Origin: Geosiphon pyriformis uo1
Taxonomy: Eukaryota > Fungi > Glomeromycota
Assembly (NCBI GenBank): GCA_016748015.1
Contig: JAAOMT010000096.1
Location: 391,087-455,086, forward strand
DNA length: 64,000 nt
Reading direction: 5' to 3'
A program made the position numbers and the translations under genes. Below the pieces are notes generated by a model. That model was given only the letters and a program-made list of their open reading frames with translations, ran no database searches and was not told where the DNA came from. This document shows, in pieces, positions 1-12,222 of this stretch. Numbering within the stretch: position 1 is the stretch's first letter; each line of letters begins with the position of its first letter.

Positions 1-663
1 TAGCCTATTGTTAAGCATTCGGTTGATTTCTTGACAAATGATTTCATGGCTAGCTGGTAGTACTCTGTATGCTCTTTGTTTAATTGGCATTGTATCTCCA
101 GTCTTGATTTAATGTTAAATGATGTTAGTTCTGCCAAATTCATTCTTACTTGCAAAGATGTCATTATAGTTGTTGAGTAACATCTTAAGCTGTATACATT
201 GTAATGAGTCTAAATTCTCCAAGTTTATCTGTTCTAATTGTTCTGGTTGGAGCAGATAACATTCTTCTTGTCCATATATGGTTTGAGATGTAATATCTAC
301 ATATTTACACAGTTGTGAAAAATCTGGAATGGTGTTTGGAAGTTGGTCTTCAAGTTTTGTGGTCAAGTATCCAATGGTAGTTCCTTTTAATATTTTAATG
401 ATATCTTCCATGTTGTTGTAAATGAGAATTTTGATGTGTCTGTGGTTTTTGGCTGGTATGTGTAGATTAACTAATCCAATCTTTCCTAATTCACAAAGTG
501 TTGTTTCTGTTTCAAAAATCTGAATCTGATCCTTTACTTTTTTTTTATGACTACCATGTATTAGTTATATGGTGGAATAGAAATTGATTGGCAGATAAAG
601 ATAATTTCTCTCTTGTCAACAATTTTTTCTTCTACCATATTAACTGGTATATCTATTCTATCC

Positions 664-1052
664 ATTGATCCGAATCTTTGTATCTCTCTTGTTGTTATCC
701 CTAACTCTTTTCTGTTTTCTACTAATATTAATTAAGCTATTTTAACCAGAGGCAAAAATATTGCCTGTGCTATCTTTTTGTTTGGTTTTATGATATAGGT
801 TATTTTTAAGTCATTTTGTAGCATAGCAATGATATTTTTTATATATCCTGCATCAATTATTTTACCTTTGATGCTGATTTTTTTTTTCATTAAACTACTT
901 CTTGATGCTAATTAAATTATTGTTGTTACTGGAATTTTCAGTACTATTTTAAGATCAATACAGGTATGCAAGTGTGGTTCCAATTTGATGGCATTTTTTC
1001 TCGGATATCTCAAATCAAATTCTGTATTAATATTATGTACATGTTCTGACAT
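664..1052 (-). pseudogene. dUTPase domain of copy A pol
   Basis: Degenerate dUTPase motifs: EFDL (motif I AGFDL), ASRSSL (II), IIDAGY (III), KIAQ (IV), QRFGS (V). Confidence 0.85.
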
Positions 1053-2249
1053 GATACTTTTGTCATTATTGCTAAACCATTTAAATTTCTGTTCCTTAAT
1101 GAGATTAGGAAGCATAATATATTGTTTAGGGTTTGAATTGGAGTTTAAATTATTGTAATTTTCATTGCCATATTGGGTAGAACTGGAACCATTGTTTTTG
1201 TCATTGTCATTGTTGGAGTTTGAATCAAGATTGAAGGTTGATTCCAATATGCAGCTGCTGATTGGTTTGTCTTTCTCTGGAATTGTGTAGATCATGCATG
1301 GTAGTGGATTGTAAATGAAATCACACTCATTACAATATTGAAAATCACATGAGATCAAACAGTGGTCACATAGTCAGGTGTTGATTTCTTCCAAGTGTTG
1401 TTCCTGCTTCTTTCTTGTTGGTGCCAAATTCTGGTAATGCTTATGAAATTCCTTTGGATCTGTCTCAATATTCAAGAAGATGTCTAAATTGGAGATAAAA
1501 ATGATGTCAACTGGTTCTAGAGGGTTGTTTTTTATTTCCAGAATCTCACTGGACAAAGTGCCTTCTATTTTGGCATTGGCCATTCACCAGATCTTGTCTT
1601 TGTTATGTGGATAACTGTTTAAGCAAGAGATTGCTTAATGCCAAGTGGCAGTAACAGGTGTTTCACAACTTACCCAGTCACTGATAAAAATCATATACTA
1701 ATATAAAGTGTCACAGGTTTCTCCTCAACCAGGAATTTCATTCCACATTCCTTTGTTAAGTAACCATTTGCCACAAGTAAGACATGACTCATTGTTCTAC
1801 TTTCCTTGTTTTTTTGAATAGCCATAGCATTTTCTATGACATGGTTTATAGTAGTAGTGGGTTCTTGTCCAATAGTCTTCATCAGATGTAATCCAAGCTC
1901 CCATAAAGAAAAGTTTCTTTTTACAATCCTTGTATTTGAGGAGTATATATGGTGGCACTTTTATTAGTTCATGTAAGTATTCTTTTTTCCAGCCACTAGT
2001 TATTTCTTCTGTGATGATGGTTTCTTCAGGTATGTTTTCTTTCTTCTCTTTTTCTTTGTTATTCCAAAAAAGTACTGGTGGTAACTTATTGTGTTCCATG
2101 TTGGCCCAGGAAACTTGGTATGCTTCCCAGGTAGGTTTTTTTTTTCTTCTTCGAACTCAATAAATGGTGCTGATGGTGTGATGATAAGCTCGAAGTGGTT
2201 ACACATGGTTAGTACACATATATGTTGACCATTTTGGTTAAGCTGAAGC

Positions 2250-4890
2250 TCTTGGGTGTTCCAATCAAGCATTGCATTGGTTTTGAACAGCCAGTTATTG
2301 CCAATGAGTGTTTAATATTAAGTGACTTCCATAACTAATATCTTGATTGGTACAATGATGCCATTGACTTTGATAAGTAGGTTATTTATTTTACCAATTA
2401 GAGTTTTGGTGGCTTCATTAGCTGTAATTATCCTTGTACTGACAGTTCAATCAACTCTGCAACTTAATTGGTCTATAAGCTGTCTTGTAATAATACTGGC
2501 AGCTAATTCACTATTTAGAATCAGTTTGATGAAATGGTCATCAATTTTGGCATTAGTATACATCATCATAATGGGTTTTTCCTTGAGTGTGGCTCTACTG
2601 AACAAAAAGGTTTCTAACAGTTCTTCAATTTTAAAGAGAAATATAGCTGCAAGTGATTCATCTTCTGTGACAGTGGCTGGTAAAATGTTGTTAATGGTAA
2701 GTGGTTGTGTTTGGTTAATTTTTAGGTTTTTGGATATAATGTCTTTTGAAGTTACCAAGAGACTTAAATAGTTCTGGGAATTTGGGTTTTGAGTGTACCT
2801 GGTTCTTGAACTCTGCTGGCATAATCTTGATGGTTGAGTTAAAGAACTGGGGATTGGTTAATGGATTACTATTGCCAATCTCCAGTTTTGGATAACTCTT
2901 AATCTGGAATTCCCTGATGTCATCTGAGCTGAGTTTACTGGCAGTATTAGAATTGGTTGGAATTAATATATTACTTGAGACTGTAGCTGATAGATAAATT
3001 GGAACTGCAGTTGATAAATGATGGGTGTTGTTGGCTGATAAATTGGAGCTTGATATATGAGTGGTTGATAAATTGGCTGTTGTGTTATTTGGATATAATA
3101 AGGTAAGTATTGATTTTGATTTGAGTATTAATTCAGAGCTTGAAACCTGTGATCGGAGTTTTAATATTGATTTCCCAATCATAGATTATTATTATAAAAA
3201 CAGTAGTCAATTCTCAAATGGTTTTGTTTATCACAATTGTGGCAGATATGCATCTCTTGCTGCCATGGCTGATTGGATGATGATAAAGAACACAACTGAT
3301 TTTGGAAGTAATTCATGTTTTCAGAATTATTGGGTCTTTGTAATAGCTAATAAATTGCGTGATTGTTAGCTAAGTATTTTTCTAATTTCTGATTAATTAA
3401 ATCACTGAGTTGTTTCAATTTGGAATCCAAGTCAGATAATTTATTTATGACTAGGTTGATGGCTTGGGCATAATTAGCCTCTAATTCAGCTGACTCAAAG
3501 TCTCTGGTCTGTGTAACTATATTTTGAAATGTTACTGAATGTAATAGTTGTATACATTGAAAAAGACTAATGCACAGACCATAGATAAACTGGTTCAGAA
3601 TTTGTGGTGTTGTAAAATAGTCAGCTTGGATTGCTTGAATTTAATGCAAGTTCCTGTGGAAGTATCTCAAGTAAGTGGTAACTGCTTTGGTTTCTTCTTG
3701 TTTAATTGTGGTGAAGGCATTGGCTAAGCAATTAATACTGTTATTATTACTAAAATATCCCAAAAATGCCATTTTAAATTCCTGGAATGTTTGTAGTTTG
3801 GCAGCTAAATTTTAATACTATAAGTTGATAGTATCTTGGAGAAAATAGGGGATTGTTTGAAGAGTTCTGTCATTATTTCATTTATTGGCTGTGATGGTTT
3901 TTTTTATGTTATTGAGCCATACTTGGGCATTATCCTTTTCATCAGTAAATTTCTCTATCTTTGCAATTGAAGCATAGGCCATTTGTTGTTGTAATTGTTG
4001 TTACAGTTGCTGCTGGAATTGTTGTTAGAATAGCAGTTGTGGCTGTTGTTGTTGTTTGGCAATTTGTGGAATGAGTGGTGAATTAATTTCAATTAATGGA
4101 GATAAGTTTTGCTGATTAATTGGGTTGGAGTTTGGATTGTTTTGATTTTTTGGAGTTTGAATATTTGGAGTTTGATTTTTCAAATTTTGTTGGATTGGAT
4201 TTTACTTGCTGATTTCTTGATCACTACTTTCTTCTTTCTCAGAGTCAGTTATTTCCCAAGAACTAATGGCTCCGAAATCTGGCTGTGGTGGTAGTGATTG
4301 AATTTCTAATAGTGTTGGAAATCATGATTTAAATCTCTTAAAATAATTACCATATGTTCCTAGTAACTTTGCTCTCTTTTGTTTACTTTGAAATAGGATT
4401 CTATTCAGTGGTGTTATTACACTTGCTGTAGTTGTGTTTATTATATTGATAGTACTTCCAGGTATGTAGTAATATGATGGATTAGCAAGTGAATCAATCT
4501 TTGTTTCTTCTAAGTAGGTGGTTGAATTTGTTTTGGTGTTTCTGTTGATGTTTATAACCTTTCTTTTTTTTTGTCAGCAAAGGTGATAGAAAATCTTTGT
4601 TTGGTATATTTTTCAATTTCTCTGTTTATTTTTATAATTAGGAATGCAAATAAGTAGTTTTGTGGAAGGGTGGTGCTTTGTAGTAGTTCACTGAAGAAAT
4701 TGTTAAAGATGGATTTTGGATCTTCTTGGCCTCCTAAATAATAGACTATTCTTTTGTTAACATAACAGTTGAAAGCTGATTCCATTGGCCAACTATTATT
4801 TGTTAATTCAAGATGAGTATAATAGTGTTGGAATAAAAATTTTGCAAATTTCAAGTGGTTTGTTCCTATTTCTTCAAATTCTGCCACTGT
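2250..4890 (-). pseudogene. gag: gag (capsid plus CCHC knuckle) and protease of copy A
   Basis: MAYASIAKIEKFTDEKDNAQVWL capsid start near 3980; CHNCDKQNHLRIDY knuckle near 3190-3240; LILNS (LILDS) protease motif near 2510-2525. Confidence 0.85.
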
Positions 4891-4933
4891 TTCAGATGGT
4901 TGTTTGTTGGTGCTGGTTCTCTGTTAGATTATA

Positions 4934-4950
4934 CTTCACAGAGAGCACCA
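4934..4950 (-). promoter_or_regulatory. Primer-binding site of copy A (TGGTGCTCTCTGTGAAG)
   Basis: Begins with TGG 2 nt after the LTR end; near-identical to the PBS at 28228 and 47193. Confidence 0.85.
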
Positions 4951-4952
4951 AA

Positions 4953-5802
4953 TATTACAAATGATTATTTGGGGTCTCAAATCAAATAACAAATCTGTAA
5001 CTTGGTGCTTAATAGATATAATGATGTTGGTAATTTCTGAAGTGTGTTTTTCTGAAGGTTTTAGTTAAGTTCTTTGTATAATGAACAGAGATTCAATTGA
5101 TAATTTTATCTGTAGCTTTTCAAAACTGCAGTTCCATTAATTTTTTTCTCAGTGTGATGGCCAGTAATTCTTTTGGTAAGATATCCTCAATTCCAAATGT
5201 CTATTTTTATTCCTGGGTCTTTTACCAGTGCTATATTTTGACATTAGTATCTTTGCATATAAATCCTTTTAATCAAATTAACAAATAACAAAAAAATAAA
5301 ACAAGAAAAAAAAATAAAAAAAATAAGAAAAATAAACCAAAACAATTTGCATGTTAGTATCCTATCAATAGCTGTGATTAAGAGCTATTGTTCCAATGTG
5401 GTTAAGTATTAATTACTATTAACATGAAGTGTTGATAGTGAAAAGTAGATTGAGATAGTGAATAATTATTTATTGATATTTGTGAATAGAAGACTACTTA
5501 AATAAAATCTAAATTAAGAGGTCTGTCTTTTTTTCTTCTCATGCTACTGATATATATACATAATATAGATTCTTCAATTCTTTAATTCTTTACACTAGGA
5601 ATCTTGAGATTCCTGGTATCCTGCAATTCCTTTGAGGGGAATTCTGAATTTCTGGAATTCTATGATTCTTTGTATGAGAATTCTGAAATTCCTGGAATTC
5701 TGCAATTCCTTTAAGAGGAATCCTGGAATTCTATATTTACTATGGCTACTTCTGATTGGCTAATTTATATGCTAATATATGTCCTATATTCTATGAGTAA
5801 TA
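4953..5802 (-). repeat. 5' LTR of copy A
   Basis: Reverse complement aligns end to end with 12223-13057; decayed TG..CA termini (TATTACTC...TGTAATA); followed by a PBS. Confidence 0.9.
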
Positions 5803-7886
5803 CCATATATCAATCTCCAGTTTATCAACTACAGCCACAAATAATATATCAACCATAGTCACCAGTAATTTATCAATCTCAGCAATTTCAAACACTATCC
5901 CAAAAACCCATTCAGATAACATCAGAAAACCCCAGATTCAAAGTTGCCCAAAACTGAAGATCGGCAATGGTGGTTCACCAACTGATTCCCAGTTTATCAA
6001 ATCACTTATCAGGATCACACCAGCAGAGTTTGGGAGCAGAGTACACCCAAAACCCAAATTCTCAGAACTATTTAAGTCTCCTAGTAATCCCAGAAGACAC
6101 CTTATCCAGCAACCAAGAAATCAATTACACTCCAATACCTATTAACAATATTCCATCAGTTATCATCACTGAGAACAAATCACTAAATGCTATCTTCTCA
6201 TTTAAACTTGAGGAACTATCAGCCATGCTATTATTTAGTAAAGCTGCTCTTGAAGAAAAACCTATTACTGTTATATACACTAATGCCAAAGTTGATGGTT
6301 ACTTTATCAAACTGATCCTAGACAGTGGATTAGCTGACAGTATTATCACAAAACAACTCATAGACCAATTAGGTCACTGAGTTGATTAAGCTACTAGTGC
6401 ACAAATTATCATTGCTAATAGAGTGACCAAAACTCTGATCAGCGAGATTAATGACTTCTCTATAGAAGTCAATGGCATCATTATGCCAATCAAGATATTA
6501 GTCATAAAAGCCACTCAATACCAAGCACTTATTGGTAATAATTGGTTGTCCAAAACCAATACAATACTTGATTAGAACACACAAGAGCTTCAACTTAGCC
6601 AGAATGGTTAACACGCATATGTACTAGCCATGTATGGTCATTTCAAGACCATCAACATACCAGCACCACTCATTAAGTTCAAAAAAGAAGAGAAAAAACT
6701 TATCTGGGAAGCCTATCAAGTGTCATGAACTGAAAACAACCACAACAAGTTATTACCAATACCATCCTAAGATAACAACAGAAAAGGAAAACAAAAGGAA
6801 GAACTTATCTAGAATGCTGACCAAGCCTAAAAAACTGACAATAACCCAAATGAATTATCAACTTGGGAGTAAAAAGAGACTAACAAAGAAAAAGAAAAAG
6901 AGAAGGAAGAAGAAACAACATCCACCAATACCACTACTTATAATTTCTATACTTAAACTACACCACAATGATCTACTTATTGCCAACCAAAGCTCATATG
7001 TATTGATTGCAGTAAGAAGTTGTCATCAATGGGTGCATGCTGTAGTAATAATGAGAAATACCACATAGCAACAAGATTTTACTGTCATCCATGTGTCATA
7101 AAATGTTTTGGACAACCGAAATGGCAAGGAAAATAGGACAACAAACTGTGTTTTACATGTAAAACTATTTTGCCTAATGAAGAAATATGGAATGACATTC
7201 TTAAATGTGGAGAAATGTGTAATAAAACATATCAATATACAATCCTAATCAATGACTGAATACGCAAAAAAACACCAATCAATGATGCCTAGAAATAAGC
7301 ATTGTGACAATTAAAAAGATATTCCCATGACAAACACAAAATATGGAGAATGGCAAGTGTGAAAATAAAAGACGCAACAATCAACAAACTACTGAAAATC
7401 AAAAACAATTCTTTATCACTTCTGGAACCCAAATACATCTTAACTTTTGATGTTTTTAATGACATCAAGGATAATTTTGAGCAATTTTATGAGCATTACC
7501 AAAACTTAACACCAATCAGGAAAGAGCAAGAACAGCATTTAGCCCAATTAAACACTCACCTATGTGATTATTGTTTGATTTCTTGTGACTTCAAATATTG
7601 TAATAAGTGTGACTTTATTTACAATCTACCACTATGTATGATCTACACAATTACAAAGAAAAAAAAACCAATCAGCAGCTGTGTATCAGATTCAGAATCA
7701 ACTTTCAATTCCAATTCAAACTCCAATAATGATAACAACAAAAACAACAGTTCCAGTTTTGCTCAATATGGCAACAAAAAATACAATAATTTGAACTTAA
7801 ATTCAAACTCCAAACAATACATTGTGCTTCTTGATCTCTCCAAAGAGCAGAAACTAAAATGGTACAGTGATAATAATAAAAGTATT

Positions 7887-8275
7887 ATGCCAGAATGCAC
7901 ACATAATACTAATACAAGGTTTGATCTGAGATATTCAGAACAATATGTCATTAAATTGGAACCACATTTATGCACCTGCATTGATCTTAAAATAGCACTG
8001 GAAATTTTAGCAACAACAATGGTTTAACTAGCATCCAGAAGTAGTTTAGTGAAAAAAAAAATTAACATCAGAGGAGGAATAATTGACACAGGATATGTAG
8101 AAAATATTATTGCTATGCTACAAAATAACTCAGAAAAGACTTATATCATAGAGCCAAATGAAAAAAAAACACAGGCAATATTCCTGCCTCTGGTTAAAAT
8201 AGCTCAATTAGTATTAGTAGAAAACAGAAAAAAATTGGGAATAATAACAAAAGGGATACAAAGATTCGGATTAAC
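7887..8275 (+). pseudogene. dUTPase domain of copy B
   Basis: TRFDLRY, LASRSSL, GGIIDTGYVENI, KTQAIF and KGIQRFG match the five motifs of trimeric dUTPases. Confidence 0.9.
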
Positions 8276-8799
8276 AGATAAAATAGATGTACCAGTTAAT
8301 ATGGCAGAGGAAAAAATTATTGGCAAGAGAGAAATTATTTCTACCCATCAATCAATTTCCATTCTACTATATGACCAGTACATGTTAGCTATAAAGAAAA
8401 AAGTAAAAGATCAAGCTCAGATGTTTGAAGCAAAAACAAACATTTGTAAATCAGGAGAGATTGGACTCATTAATCTTTACATATTAGCCAAAAGCCCTAA
8501 ACACATCAAAATTTCCAACTACAACACAACTAGAAATATCATTGAGATACCTAAAGAAACTATAATTGGATACTTAAGCACTGAAGTCGAAGATCAACCA
8601 CCAAGCACCATTTCAGACTTTCTACAACTGTGTAAATATGTAAATATCATATCACAAACAATATATAGACAAAAAGAATGTTATCTGCTCCAACCAGAAC
8701 AATTGAAACAGATAAACTTAGAAAATCTAGACCCACTACAATATATATAGCTTAAAATATTACTTAACAATTTTAACAATATCTTTGCCAGTAAAAATG

Positions 8800-10100
8800 A
8801 ATTTGGCAGAACCAACATAATTCAGCACCAAATAAAAACTGGAGATGCAATGCCAATTAAACAAAGAGCATACAGAGTACTACCAGCCAGCCATAAGATT
8901 ATTTATCAAGAAATCAACTGAATACTTAACAATAGTCTAATTTAGCTATTAATGAGCCCATAGTCATCACCAGTGGTACTAGTCTATAAGAAAAATAGAA
9001 AAATCCATTTTTGTGTGGATTACCAGAAACTGAATGGAGTAACCAAAAGAGATAACTACCCAACTCCAAAAATTCAAAAACTGTTTGATGCTTTTAAAAG
9101 AAAGAAATGGTTCTCAACTTTAGACTTAAACAGTGATTATTGACAAGTAGCCATAAAACCAGAAGATAAAGAGAAAATGGCTTTTACAACATGAGAACAG
9201 AATTTTGAATTCGAAGTAATGCCATTCGGCTTAATGAATGCTTCAGCCATGTTTTAATGACTAATGGAAATTGTTTATATTAGACTACTATGGAAATTAG
9301 TAGTTGTATACTTAGATGACACTAATGTGTTCTCAAAAACATTTGATGATTATCTGCATTATTTTCAACAAGTATTTGAAAAACTCAGATGAGTAAGATT
9401 GAAATTAAATGCAAATAAATGCTTCTTTAGCAAAACAGAACTCAAGTTTTTGGAATATATTGTGAGCAAAGATAGTATCAAAATAGATTTGAATAAGATC
9501 AAAATTGTTAAGAACTTTCCAGTACCAAATAATTTCACAGAATTAAAAGCATTTTTGGGATTTGCTGGATACTACCACCACTTTATCAAAAACTTTTCCA
9601 AAATAGCTCAACCACTATACCAACTCCAAACAAAGAACACCAAATATGAGTGGACTGAAATCCAACAAAAAGCCTTTGACACACTAAGAAGAAAACTTAT
9701 TCAAGCCCCAGTATTAATCTATTCAGACCACAGTAAACCATTTATCATTACTATCAATGCATTAGGCCAAACATTAGGGCAGTACTATTGCAGAAAAGAC
9801 CAGATAGAAGAGAACATCCAGTAGCATATGCCAGTCAAAGTTTGAGTTCAGCTGAAAAGAACTATGAAACTCTAGCACTAGAACATGTAGCTATCTATTG
9901 GGCTGTTATTAAATAGAAAAAATACTTGAATCAAAAGTTTGATGTGTACACTAACCACAAAGGATTGACTTCAATTCAGAAGCAAAAATTTGGAAACAAT
10001 TGCCATGCTAGATAGAAAATAGAACTCTCACTATTTAATTATATAGTACATTACAAAAAAGAAAAAAAAAACAGAAATGCTAATGGCTTGTCATGAATAA
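8800..10100 (+). pseudogene. pol: Reverse transcriptase and RNase H of copy B
   Basis: PIKQRAY, FCVDYQKLN, MPFGLMNA, VYLDD, FLGFAGYY, PVAYASQ; stops and frameshifts present. Confidence 0.93.
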
Positions 10101-10189
10101 GACAAATCTAAAAACATTTCAACCCAAAAATATAACAAAAGATGAATATACAAAAATACTAACAACTTCAATATTATATAAATACCCAA

Positions 10190-11400
10190 TTGTTCAAGAA
10201 GAAATTATCTCAAAAAAAACAAAGAAACATAAAACAACAATCAAAATATTTTATCAACCATCAAAATATACTTTACCAAAAAAACAAAAAAAATCTAGAT
10301 CAACCAACCAAAGTAATTACAGAACCAGAGAAAGAAACAATATTGTTCAATATGCACTCAGATCTAACAATAGGATATTTTCATAAAGAAGCAACAATAG
10401 AAAGAACCAGAAAAAGATACTATTGGCCATCTATATATCCAGACATCATTCAATATGTCCAAAATTGTGATGCTTATCAAAAAAGAAGAGAAACAAAACT
10501 CAATAAACCGTTAAGACCAATCAAAGTAAGACAACCATTCAATTGCATTGGAATTAACTTAGTCAGACCATTAATAATAACCAGCAAAGGTAACAGATAT
10601 ATTGCAGTAGCCATGGATTATCTCACTAAATGGCCAGAAACAAAAGCCATTCAAAGAGCAGATGCAGAATTCATTGCCAAATTTGTTCATCAAGATTTGA
10701 TATGTCAATATGGATGTTTAAAAAAACTACTATTAAATCAAAAAACTCACTTTGTGAACAGAACATTAACAGAATTAAGTTAAAAATTTGGGATAAAAAG
10801 ACCATTATCATCACCATACCATCTACAAACAAATGAGTTAGTTGAAAAGTTCAACAGAATACTGTGTAAAGCAATAACCAAGATCAGCCAAAAAAACCAG
10901 AATAAATGAGATTTGTTCATACCATTAGTATTATTTGCTTATCAGACAATAAAGCAAGACACTATACAAGCAACATCATTCAAATTAGTATATGATAGAA
11001 CAGCAACATTACCAGTTAAGATAGAAGTCAAAACATATTCAACAGAACCAATAACAAAAGTGAATTTTCAAAAAACATTGTTAAGAAAAACATATGACTT
11101 AATGGAGACACTAGAAAACACATGGCAAAGAGCAGCTAATAACATTCAAAAGTCACAAGAAAAACAAAAAAAAAGACATGATAACCAACTACCAGAAAAA
11201 TCAGTTGAATTTAAAATTGAAGACAAAGTACTTCTATATTGTATCAAAGTAGAAAAACAATGAAATGGAAAATTTGACTCCAAATGGGATGGACCATTTT
11301 ACATAAAAAAAATTCTAAGAAATGGAGCTTATAAATTAAGGTTGAACAACAAAATTTTAACCAAAGCAGCACATAGTGATCGACTGAAACAATATTATCA
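10190..11400 (+). pseudogene. pol: Integrase of copy B
   Basis: Decayed HHCC (MH...YYWP...CDAYQ), VAMDYLTKWPE, VEKFN and the KWDGPF (GPY/F) module. Confidence 0.92.
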
Positions 11401-11589
11401 TATAGTATTATCATTTACCAATAATATTCCACAATTAGGAGTACAGAAAATACTAGTCAAACCAGATAAAATTCCATGAAATCTAGAACCAATTATAATC
11501 ATTGAACCAAACACATAAAATCAAACAACCAAAAGAGTATATAAAAATATAATATACACAACAAAAGACAACAGAAAAATAGAGATTAC

Positions 11590-12202
11590 TAATGACATTC
11601 ACTTACTAGCACAACAACTTTTTCAACTGATTCAACAACAAGAAATGGAAATTACAATCAACCAACAAACTATCAGATACACAAACACCAAAAAAAGATC
11701 ACAAGATAAAATACAGAGAAAAACAGAAACCACTGTGGAAAAAATAATTACAAAAGTGAAATTGGCAATAGAAACACAATCAAAAGTCACCTAATATCAA
11801 GAGTTAATTATAGAAACTTGGAATTGATAGATACAACAATTTCCAAAAAACTTTTGTTACTTTTATTTGGGACAATACTTGAACATTCAAGACTTGTATA
11901 CAGATAAAACAAAACAATTATTTGATACAACAATACTGCAACAACTGGAACAATTTGTGGGGAAGAACAATTTGACCACACAAGCAAGAGCTATTTATTA
12001 GCTATATACTGGGTTTCAAAATCGACCAAAAATCTTATTCAATCCAGAAATGAACTCCATTACTATTAACCAAATGGGAAAAATAACCAATGCTCAATTT
12101 AAGGAATTACAAAACAAAATAGTACAAGTAATTCTTGAAAAAGAAGTTCAAGAAATACTCAAAGACAGAGAATTAGAATTAGGAGATTTTGCCAGAGCTT
12201 GA
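11590..12202 (+). pseudogene. Extra 3' ORF (ORF3) of copy B, unknown function
   Basis: Hand translation gives a long frame with few stops (LLAQQLFQLIQ...CYFYLGQYL...ARAIY...ITINQMGKITNAQFKEL); a decayed homologue lies at about 62190-62790. Confidence 0.6.
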
Positions 12203-12206
12203 TATT

Positions 12207-12219
12207 AAAGAGGAGAAAA
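12207..12219 (+). promoter_or_regulatory. Polypurine tract of copy B
   Basis: AAAGAGGAGAAAA, 3 nt before the 3' LTR. Confidence 0.8.
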
Positions 12220-12222
12220 TAA

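Larger units (their letters stand above)
1..5802 (-). mobile_element. Ty3/Gypsy LTR retrotransposon copy A (dUTPase family), 5' part; continues beyond the left edge
   Basis: On the minus strand: LTR, PBS, gag, aspartic protease, Cys-rich linker, dUTPase and start of RT. Colinear and homologous with copy B. Many stop codons. Confidence 0.93.

Noticed and set aside
2715-3182. S/T-rich alternative-frame ORF in gag of copy A as a separate gene
   Set aside because: It is the shifted reading of the repetitive QPxIYQP region; the knuckle-to-protease frame is the other one.
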